Source of the DNA: Candidatus Iainarchaeum sp.
GTDB taxonomy: Archaea; Iainarchaeota; Iainarchaeia; Iainarchaeales; JAZDDZ01
Assembly (NCBI GenBank): GCA_043809245.1
Contig: JAZDDZ010000008.1
Location: forward strand, 1 to 64,000
Length of the DNA stretch: 64,000 bases
Reading direction: 5' to 3'
In this document: positions 9,057 to 16,448 of the stretch, piece after piece
Layout of the letters: every line of letters starts with the position of its first letter
Numbering within the stretch: the stretch's first letter is position 1
Position numbers and translations under genes: made by a program
The notes under the pieces: generated by a model
What the model saw: only the letters and a program-made list of their open reading frames with translations
What the model was told of the DNA's origin: nothing
The model's database searches: none

Positions 9057-9233
9057 ATGAATTTGAAAAGAAACCTTTACAGGAAAGGAAATAGTTTTTT
9101 CACAGGAATCCCAATCCAGGCCCTGGGTAATTTGAACAAAGAAAAAAAATATTCTGTTCTCTGGGTTTTTGATCCTAAAAAAGATTGTTGGGAGATTCGT
9201 TTTGAAGAAAGAAATGAGGAGGGGAAAAAATGA
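9057..9233 (+). CDS. AbrB-like small DNA-binding protein (58 aa)
   Basis: MNLKRNLYRKGNSFFTGIP resembles a swapped-hairpin start; ATGA-coupled. Confidence 0.6.
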   Translation: MNLKRNLYRKGNSFFTGIPIQALGNLNKEKKYSVLWVFDPKKDCWEIRFEERNEEGKK

Positions 9234-9349
9234 AAGTTAAATTCACTTGCTGCTCTTGCGAGCAGCGAATAACAAAAGGTTCAGGCAAGCGCCTGATTGT
9301 ATGCAATTCTTGCCATGAAAAGCTAACAGAAAACTTGGCGGTGGTTTGA
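9230..9349 (+). CDS. 39-aa zinc-finger microprotein
   Basis: CCSC...CNSC; GGAGG RBS; ATGA overlap. Confidence 0.55.
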   Translation: MKVKFTCCSCEQRITKGSGKRLIVCNSCHEKLTENLAVV

Positions 9350-9459
9350 TGCAGCGGGAACGGGTTGCGCAGTGCGAAATGTGCCGAGAAAAACCAGTTA
9401 AAGTTTTTTTTGTGGGTTGCCTTTGGCTTTGTGAAACTTGTTTAAAGGAGGGAGAATAA
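9349..9459 (+). CDS. 36-aa zinc-finger microprotein
   Basis: CEMC...CETC; TGATG overlap. Confidence 0.55.
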   Translation: MQRERVAQCEMCREKPVKVFFVGCLWLCETCLKEGE

Positions 9460-9849
9460 ATGCCCACTGCATTTGAGCAAAGATTGAAAGACAAATCCAA
9501 AAGAATGATTTTGAACCTTGACGCTTCAAGCCAAGAAGAACTTTACTCGGAGATTGCGAAAATGGAGGAACACGGTTTCAAGTTATGGCGAGTTAAAGAA
9601 TATCAAACAGAGTTTTTTGGAGGTATTAAAGCGGTCTTAATTCGTGGAATGTCTGAAAAGGATGAAGACGCGTGCTTGTTTTGCGGAAAGGAAGTGTTGC
9701 AAAATGGGGTTTTTCTAACGCCTTTAAAACCCACTGGAGAGTCTACAAGGATTTGTTTTTCTTGCTTGGATGTTTTTAATTTTTTGCAGGCAAGGTTTTG
9801 GGAAAAGAAGAATAAAATTAAAAAACAAAAAAAGGAGGTGAAAAAATGA
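9460..9849 (+). CDS. Hypothetical protein with C4 zinc finger
   Basis: CLFC...CFSC (ClpX-type spacing). Confidence 0.7.
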   Translation: MPTAFEQRLKDKSKRMILNLDASSQEELYSEIAKMEEHGFKLWRVKEYQTEFFGGIKAVLIRGMSEKDEDACLFCGKEVLQNGVFLTPLKPTGESTRICFSCLDVFNFLQARFWEKKNKIKKQKKEVKK

Positions 9850-10013
9850 ATGATTTAAAATTAATGAACGAATACGCGCAAAAGCGGTTTGCGAAAGCCG
9901 AGAAAAACAAAAAGCGACCTTTAAGCGCTTTTGAAACGTGCCAAATGATTGAGATAATTGAAAACGAAATCAAGCACGGGTTTCATTTACCTAAAAAGGA
10001 GGAAAAAAAATGA
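9846..10013 (+). CDS. 55-aa microprotein
   Basis: GGAGGTG RBS; ATGA overlaps at both ends. Confidence 0.55.
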   Translation: MNDLKLMNEYAQKRFAKAEKNKKRPLSAFETCQMIEIIENEIKHGFHLPKKEEKK

Positions 10014-10924
10014 ACGAAGAAAAGCAAAGAACAGATGTAATGCCTTACTTGGTTGCACATTCGCCTTTTCTGGCGGATGTTTGGCGACAGGTTCACCGAA
10101 ACAAAGGCTCGCAAATAATTTTAGTGAATGGCCTGCCGAGAACTGGAAAATCCGAGCTTTGTTTGGTTTTTGCCCACGCATTAGACCCGAACTTTTCAGT
10201 GCAGAATAATGTTGCGTTCAACAAGCTGGAATTTTTGCAGTTAGTGCGAAAAAACAAATATGTTGGCGCGGTGAACATTTGGGAGGAAGCAGGGTTAATG
10301 GAATACGGTGCAAGTGCCAGAGAGTTTTGGAGTGCGGATAACAGGCGAATGAGCAGCTTGTTTCAGTCAATGGGTTTTCACCGCCAAATTTGCATTGTGA
10401 ACCTGCCTCAAAAAATAATGCTGGACAAGCACTTGAGGTCGCTGTGCCACTGGATTGTGGAAACAAAAAGCATTGACGTGCAAAGAGGAAAAGTGAAGTT
10501 TAAGGTTTTTCACATTCAGCCAAGCGACAAAATTTTTTACAAAAAATATATCAGGGTTTTTGAAGATGGTGGCGTGACAAAGATTATGTCTTTTGTTGCC
10601 CCAAGACCCCCACAGCATATTCTGGAAGAATACTGGGCGAGGGAAAAATTGTTCAAAGACATGGTTTCGGATAACTTGGAGAAGGAAATGCTGGAAGAGG
10701 AAAAAAAACCTAACGATAGCGAGACAAGGAAGCTGACCACGCAGAAGAGAAACGCTGCATTGGTTGAAGCGATTGCCAAAGAGCCTAAAGCGTTCAGCAA
10801 GCCAAAGAAAAACAAGTTGGAATTGAACGCTGACTTGATTGCAGGCACATTTGGAATTTCTGTGCCAACGGCAAGGGTAATTAAAGCGCTTTACACGCAA
10901 CAGCACGGCGAAGTCAAGATATAG
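10010..10924 (+). CDS. Zot/viral packaging-like P-loop ATPase with C-terminal HTH-like tail
   Basis: Walker A GLPRTGKS, Walker B NIWEEAG, IVNLPQKIMLDKHLR. Confidence 0.72.
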   Translation: MNEEKQRTDVMPYLVAHSPFLADVWRQVHRNKGSQIILVNGLPRTGKSELCLVFAHALDPNFSVQNNVAFNKLEFLQLVRKNKYVGAVNIWEEAGLMEYGASAREFWSADNRRMSSLFQSMGFHRQICIVNLPQKIMLDKHLRSLCHWIVETKSIDVQRGKVKFKVFHIQPSDKIFYKKYIRVFEDGGVTKIMSFVAPRPPQHILEEYWAREKLFKDMVSDNLEKEMLEEEKKPNDSETRKLTTQKRNAALVEAIAKEPKAFSKPKKNKLELNADLIAGTFGISVPTARVIKALYTQQHGEVKI

Positions 10925-11048
10925 GAATAAAAAAAAAGCAAATAACATTTGCCTTCCTATTAATGACTTGTATAGTGGTTTCGGCGTGGCGTTCTTTCCT
11001 TGACTTAAACATAAAACCTTTTTCTGCTTTTCGCAAGCATTTCTTTGT

Positions 11049-11801
11049 ATGGATTACTGCAAAAATTGCGAAACCCGCTTGTGCTGTAAAAACATAGCAT
11101 TGCCTGTAGAATTGAGCATATTTGATATTTACCGAATAGCCAAAGATAAAGAAATTAAGTTATCCGATTTGTTTTCTACGCAATGTGCTCTTATACCCGT
11201 TAAATCAATTCACCCCTATTTTGCAATATGGTTCAGTTTTGGGATACACTGTTCTTTTCTAACTGATACGGGGTGTGCTTGCCATAAAGTGAAGCCAGTA
11301 ACTTGCATGCAGTTTCCCGCTTCAATTATATTCCAAAGAACAATTGATGATTATTCTATGTATCCCTGTGAGAAATTTGTCTTGCCTGAACAAGACTCCC
11401 TTAATGATTTGAGTCAATTTCACAGGAAAGAAATGCGCAAACATTATGCGCTTGTTTTTAATAACAGGATTCCAATTCTGCCTGTTAAAAATCTGCCAAA
11501 AAAAGAACTGGCTGAAATACTTGCTAATGATTCTAAGATATCGGCTTTGAATATATCTCAAACTAAAAGAAATGAATTGGCATTAGAGTTTATGATTCCA
11601 TTAGCAAATAATCTTATGATGAAATCCGATTTGACTTATGAATTTCATTTTGAGGATGGTCGCTCTGAAGAAATTACTGTAAATTTATGGCAGCATAGTC
11701 TTGAACGAATAAAAGAAATTGAACAGAATAGAGGTTTCACACAGCAGGCTGAATTTTATTCAAGAAAATATTCTAAGATTAGAAAAAAATACATGATATA
11801 A
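11049..11801 (+). CDS. YkgJ-family cysteine-cluster (Zn/Fe-S) protein, cargo gene
   Basis: CKNC...CC, CSFL...CACH..KPVTCMQFP. Confidence 0.8.
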   Translation: MDYCKNCETRLCCKNIALPVELSIFDIYRIAKDKEIKLSDLFSTQCALIPVKSIHPYFAIWFSFGIHCSFLTDTGCACHKVKPVTCMQFPASIIFQRTIDDYSMYPCEKFVLPEQDSLNDLSQFHRKEMRKHYALVFNNRIPILPVKNLPKKELAEILANDSKISALNISQTKRNELALEFMIPLANNLMMKSDLTYEFHFEDGRSEEITVNLWQHSLERIKEIEQNRGFTQQAEFYSRKYSKIRKKYMI

Positions 11802-11986
11802 CACAAAAGATTAACAGCCCTTTGCACGGCGGGGGGGCAGTTTAAAACTTTTTCAAGATTGGCTCACAGGCTTACATTACCGCCTCGTTAATAGTATAGT
11901 GGCACACCCCCCTATTCTTTATATTTAATTTAAGTTAGAAATAGAGCCTGTTTTTTTGGCCTTTGCTTAACTGAAAGAGTTTATTG

Positions 11987-13423
11987 TTATTTTGCATCTA
12001 CTTTTTGCCTTAACTCTGAAATCTCTTGCCTCATTTGCTGCATTATTTCAACCACTGCCCTGTTATCAAGCTCTTCAATCTGTTTGCTCTTTCTATCCAG
12101 ATCTAATGCAGCCTGAATAGTTAGGGGAGTAGAACATTGTAAGCAAAATTTTTCACTTGGAGAGTTTTGCTTTCCGCAAATTTCGCAGGTTTTGGGTTTC
12201 AAAACATCTTCCTCTTCCTCTCCTTTTTCCAAGAGCCCTGCCTGTTTCAATATGGCTTTATCTAAATCCCTATGGCTCAAATGCACATACACTTTAACCA
12301 TATCTGAATCACTGCCCCATCCAGCGAAAAGCCTTAACTCAGATTCAGTTAAACTTTTGGCAAGCTCTGTTAATCTTGAATGCCTCATTAAGTGGGGCCA
12401 TATTGGTTTAGTTTTAAACCCTGCTTGCCTTGCAGCATTCTTCAGCAAGCGGTTTAAGTTGTTTACTCCAAGCCTGGCTTGTTCTTTGCTCCTTGTTGAA
12501 TCAGCAACCCAAAGCGGGGCATCAGGTTCATCTTTGAATGGGTGGATGGAAAGCCATTGGGCAATGTAAGGAATTGATTTGATTAACCTTATGGGCCTAT
12601 CGCCAGTTTTACCGCTTACAACAATCATATAGGAATACTTGTCTTTTTTCAGCGAACCCACATCTAAATCCAAAAACTCCGATGCCCTTGCAGCAGATTC
12701 GTAAAGGCAGGATATGATGGCCTTATTCCTAATGTTTTTTTCTTTATCAATCAAAGCAAGGATTTCTTTCGGATAATAAATATCTTTCGGGAGCTTTGAT
12801 CTATCCCTGTCAATTTTAATCCATTCAACAATTTCCCCTTTCTGCAGCCATTTGAAAAAACACTTTATCTGGGATTTGAAAGTGCTGATTGATTTTTTTG
12901 CATACCTTTGCTTTTCAATGGGGGCAAATTTATCAGGATCCTTTCCAATAAAAGTTAGTGTGTGCGGAACAGGTTTAGGCGCTGTGTGGCCTGGTGTTAA
13001 AGCGAAATCATCAGGGCATTCTTTTGCGATATTGTTCATCATGGTTCTTGCATAAAAACGAGAAATCTTAAAATGCTCTCTAACTTGGGGAGAAGTTATC
13101 TTTCCCTTTTTTGCAACCATTCTTTTAAGATCCAAAACCTTGCCATAGTTTTTTTTCCTCATTCGGCCTAACTCATTCACAAAGCCAATCAATTCTTCCT
13201 TACTCATTTTTTTGAATGGCTTGCTGAGGTAATGATCTAACTGGAGCATGGTTTTCAGGAAGTGGATCCTGGTTGAGGGAACCTTTCCATTAGTGCCTAT
13301 GCCTTGGGCCTCTCTTTCAGCATCATACTCTAAAATGAGTTTCTTGTTTTCCGCAGGGATGTGTGGGTTATCCTTAATTTCCTGTATTGTTCTGTTCAAA
13401 TAGCCTGTTTTATCGTCAGCCAT
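11987..13423 (-). CDS. int: Tyrosine recombinase/integrase with C-terminal Zn ribbon
   Basis: Catalytic residues: SAARASE (R), GKTG (K), HLMRH, GW, VYVH (Y); CEIC...CLQC; adjacent to att. Confidence 0.93.
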   Translation of the reverse strand: MADDKTGYLNRTIQEIKDNPHIPAENKKLILEYDAEREAQGIGTNGKVPSTRIHFLKTMLQLDHYLSKPFKKMSKEELIGFVNELGRMRKKNYGKVLDLKRMVAKKGKITSPQVREHFKISRFYARTMMNNIAKECPDDFALTPGHTAPKPVPHTLTFIGKDPDKFAPIEKQRYAKKSISTFKSQIKCFFKWLQKGEIVEWIKIDRDRSKLPKDIYYPKEILALIDKEKNIRNKAIISCLYESAARASEFLDLDVGSLKKDKYSYMIVVSGKTGDRPIRLIKSIPYIAQWLSIHPFKDEPDAPLWVADSTRSKEQARLGVNNLNRLLKNAARQAGFKTKPIWPHLMRHSRLTELAKSLTESELRLFAGWGSDSDMVKVYVHLSHRDLDKAILKQAGLLEKGEEEEDVLKPKTCEICGKQNSPSEKFCLQCSTPLTIQAALDLDRKSKQIEELDNRAVVEIMQQMRQEISELRQKVDAK

Positions 13424-13440
13424 ACCTATTAGGGTATGGC
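13419..13440. promoter_or_regulatory. Palindromic operator over the integrase start codon
   Basis: GCCATACC-N6-GGTATGGC; TATA-like TTTAAATA on the minus strand at 13447-13454. Confidence 0.55.
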
Positions 13441-13459
13441 AACAAGTATTTAAACCCTG

Positions 13460-14188
13460 CTATTTCACTATGCTAATGAATATTTCCCCGAACCAGTCGT
13501 CTTGCCATAGCGTGATTTTGCCTTTGTTGTGAAGGAACAGGCAGGGGATGAATGTGTCCACTATTTTGTAGGAGTTTGTTTCAGAGCCGTTTATTAGGCG
13601 GGAGAAAAGCACTAAGCCTTGGCTGTCCGCGTTTTCTTTGATTTTTTCAAAGACGACCTCCATTTTTTCGTCAATGTTTTCGGAAGCGAAAGGAATCTTG
13701 AATTCAGGCACTTCAATCGGCCTTTCCTTTAAGCGTTTCTGCTTTGTTTTTTCAAGCACGGCTTCAATGCTTTCAACAAGTTCATCCAATGAAATTCTGC
13801 CTTCCTTTATTTTTTTGATGTTCATTAATTCAGGCAATTCTGAGTCAAGCTGCCAAAGCTCCCTTTGCCTTGCCTCCTCTTGTTTCAGGAACTCGTCATC
13901 CTCATCCAAATCGCTTAAGCGCAGAACACGGCTCTTGAACTTCAATAGAATTGCGGATGCAAGGATTGCATTTGCAGGAAGCCTTAAATCAGTGTTTTCA
14001 AGCGCTGAGATTTTCTTGATGTATTTGTCCGCCAATTCAGCTATGTCAATGCCCCATGCATCCATTTTCTCTGATTTAACCAAGTCAAGCAGAATTGTTT
14101 TCCATGCAGGCTGGTCTATGAGGTCCACTAAGTCTATTTTTCCTTCGTGTGCCTGCACTTCAGCGTTAAAAGAAGCCTCTTCAGCCAT
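13460..14188 (-). CDS. scpA: Segregation and condensation protein ScpA (kleisin)
   Basis: MDAWGIDIAELADKY, AILLKFKS, LFLHNKGKITLWQDDWFGEI. Confidence 0.92.
   Translation of the reverse strand: MAEEASFNAEVQAHEGKIDLVDLIDQPAWKTILLDLVKSEKMDAWGIDIAELADKYIKKISALENTDLRLPANAILASAILLKFKSRVLRLSDLDEDDEFLKQEEARQRELWQLDSELPELMNIKKIKEGRISLDELVESIEAVLEKTKQKRLKERPIEVPEFKIPFASENIDEKMEVVFEKIKENADSQGLVLFSRLINGSETNSYKIVDTFIPCLFLHNKGKITLWQDDWFGEIFISIVK
13475..13492. repeat. att core, right copy, inside scpA
   Basis: Exact match to 2782-2799. Confidence 0.92.
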
Positions 14189-14243
14189 ATAGAAAATTAA
14201 GGGTGTGGAAGGTATTTAATCCTTTTATCCCTCTTTTTTAGTC

Positions 14244-15122
14244 ATGGAAGGCAAATTAGGGGAAGGCATGAAAAAACGCCTTTTGGAGGCGCAGAAAAAC
14301 GAGATAACCGAGCATTTGATTTACAAGCGGCTTTCATGGGCGACAAAGGACAAGCCTAACAGCGAAGTCCTTGAGGCGATTTCAAAGGACGAATTAAAGC
14401 ATTACAACCAGTGGAAAGCACTTACAGGCGAAAACGTTAGGCCTGATGCGCTGAAACTGTCCTGGTTTGTCTGGGTTTCAAGGATTTTCGGGCTGACTTT
14501 TGGCGTAAAGCTCATGGAAAAAGGAGAGGAAGGCGCTCAAAAAAATTACTCGGAGATAGCGAAAACAATTCCAGAAGCAAAAGCGATTTTGGATGACGAG
14601 GACAGGCATGAAAAGGAATTGGTTGCAATGATTAACGAGGAAAGGCTGCAGTATGTGGGCTCAATTGTTTTGGGCATAAATGACGCGCTGGTTGAATTAA
14701 CAGGCGCTTTGGCTGGCTTCACGCTTGCACTGCAGAACTCCGCCATTATCGCAATGGTGGGGCTGATAACCGGAATTGCCGCTGCGCTTTCAATGGGCGC
14801 CTCGGAATACCTTTCAACTAAAACAGAGAAAAACGTGAAGAACCCGAAAAAGGCGGCAATTTACACTGGCTCGGTTTACATGGTTACTGTTCTCTTGCTT
14901 GTGCTCCCGTTCTTTGTTTTTTCAGAGGTTCTTGTCTCGCTTTTCTTCACGCTTTGCGTTGCTGTTGCAGTTATCTTCATTTTCACGTTCTATGTATCCG
15001 TTGCACAGGACATTAATTTTCGTGAAAGGTTTCTGGAGATGGCATTGATTAGCTTGGGTGTTGCAGCAATCAGTTTCGGCATAGGTTTTCTTGTGAGGAT
15101 TTTTTTGAACATTGATGTGTGA
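14244..15122 (+). CDS. Rubrerythrin-like domain plus VIT1/CCC1 iron transporter
   Basis: ExxH motifs; VLGINDALVE; SMGASEYLS. Confidence 0.88.
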   Translation: MEGKLGEGMKKRLLEAQKNEITEHLIYKRLSWATKDKPNSEVLEAISKDELKHYNQWKALTGENVRPDALKLSWFVWVSRIFGLTFGVKLMEKGEEGAQKNYSEIAKTIPEAKAILDDEDRHEKELVAMINEERLQYVGSIVLGINDALVELTGALAGFTLALQNSAIIAMVGLITGIAAALSMGASEYLSTKTEKNVKNPKKAAIYTGSVYMVTVLLLVLPFFVFSEVLVSLFFTLCVAVAVIFIFTFYVSVAQDINFRERFLEMALISLGVAAISFGIGFLVRIFLNIDV

Positions 15123-15615
15123 GCTTAATGATTTTTTTCACAACCTGTTCTTTGTTGAAATCCGCAGGCACCTTAACGGTTAAGCCAGCGTATTTTTTGT
15201 AAAGCGCAAGCCTTTCGTCGAACAGTTCTTCCAAACTTTTGTTTTTTAAGCCGACAATTCCCCTTGTATCGCGGTTTTCTGTCCTTGAATAAATGCTTTT
15301 GAAGGGTGCGTCAAGGAAAACGATTAAAGAATTTTTCCGAAGCGAATCCATTGCCTTAGCGCAGTAAACAACGCTTCCTCCGGGTGAAAAAACGCACTCA
15401 CAGTTGTTTTTTTTCACACAGCCAATGACCGCCGCCTCCTCGATTTTGATAAATTTTTCATAGCCGAATTTGTCGATTATCTGCTGCAGCTTCATGCCTG
15501 TCTTTTCCTCAATTGTGCGGTCGGAATCAATGAAGCGGTAGCCAAGCAATTCCGCCAGTTCTTTTCCAATAACGCTTTTTCCCGAACCGGGCATTCCAAT
15601 CAGGGTTATGTTCAT
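15070..15615 (-). CDS. aroK: Shikimate kinase, bacterial AroK type
   Basis: GMPGSGKS, FIDSD, SPGGS, ERLALY. Confidence 0.85.
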   Translation of the reverse strand: MNITLIGMPGSGKSVIGKELAELLGYRFIDSDRTIEEKTGMKLQQIIDKFGYEKFIKIEEAAVIGCVKKNNCECVFSPGGSVVYCAKAMDSLRKNSLIVFLDAPFKSIYSRTENRDTRGIVGLKNKSLEELFDERLALYKKYAGLTVKVPADFNKEQVVKKIIKLTHQCSKKSSQENLCRN

Positions 15616-15708
15616 TTGCAGACCTTTCCCAGTAGCCTAATCAAAAGAAAGGGTTAAAAAAAGAAGAAGCTTTAATTTATCGGGAAATTTGTTTTAGGGG
15701 GTTTTTGT

Positions 15709-16422
15709 TTGGAGAGGATTAAAACTGGAATAATGGGGTTTGACGAGTTGGTTGACAAGGGAATTCCAAAGGGAAGCACTGTATTGGTTTCAGGCGGTTC
15801 GGGAACTGGAAAAACTATTTTCACAATGCAGTACATTTACGAGGGCGCAAAGCAATTCAATGAGCCCGGCTTATATGTGACGCTTGAGGGAAACGTGAAA
15901 ACAATCACCTGGAACATGCAGAATTTTCAGTGGGATATAAAAAAACTGCAGGACAAGGGGTTAATGAAAATTTACCGCTTGAACCTTGCATCACAGCGCC
16001 CTAGAATAGACTTGGAGGAGCAGATTGACCGCGAATTAGAGGTCATTTCCGCAATGGTGAAGGAAATAAACGCAACAAGGCTTGTTGTTGACCCAACAAC
16101 TGCTTTCAGCGTGTGGATAAAAGAGGAAGGGCTTCTTCGCTCAATCCTTTACAAGTTCACCAACGCGTTAAAGGACCTTGACTGCACCACAATTCTCACA
16201 AGCGAAACAATGGGCGGAAAAAACCAGTACTCTGCATTTGGCGTGGAAGAATTTGTTGCGGACGGAGTTGTCGCGCTTTACTTCACGCCCCCAAACCGCT
16301 CAATCTTTGTCAGGAAAATGCGCGGAACAAACCACTCGAAATCCGTTCACCCATTTGAGATAACCGCGAACGGCATTGAGATAAAGCCGCGCGACGAAAT
16401 AATGTGGGAAGCAATAAAGTGA
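15709..16422 (+). CDS. KaiC/RAD55-like RecA-superfamily ATPase
   Basis: GGSGTGKT, VEEFVADGV, VRKMRGT. Confidence 0.9.
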   Translation: MERIKTGIMGFDELVDKGIPKGSTVLVSGGSGTGKTIFTMQYIYEGAKQFNEPGLYVTLEGNVKTITWNMQNFQWDIKKLQDKGLMKIYRLNLASQRPRIDLEEQIDRELEVISAMVKEINATRLVVDPTTAFSVWIKEEGLLRSILYKFTNALKDLDCTTILTSETMGGKNQYSAFGVEEFVADGVVALYFTPPNRSIFVRKMRGTNHSKSVHPFEITANGIEIKPRDEIMWEAIK

Positions 16423-16448
16423 AAAAAAATTAGAGCCGCCGGATTCGG

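Larger units (their letters stand above)
2782..13492. mobile_element. Integrated element (integrative plasmid, provirus or satellite) inserted in scpA
   Basis: 18-bp att repeats, integrase next to one att, replication genes, AT-richer composition, many orphan ORFs. Confidence 0.92.

Noticed and set aside
10010-10924. ATPase as a true zonula occludens toxin
   Set aside because: Only the P-loop domain is Zot-like; there is no TM segment or toxin tail.
15709-16422. KaiC-like gene as a circadian clock component
   Set aside because: Single domain, no kaiA or kaiB nearby, and the family is widespread in archaea.
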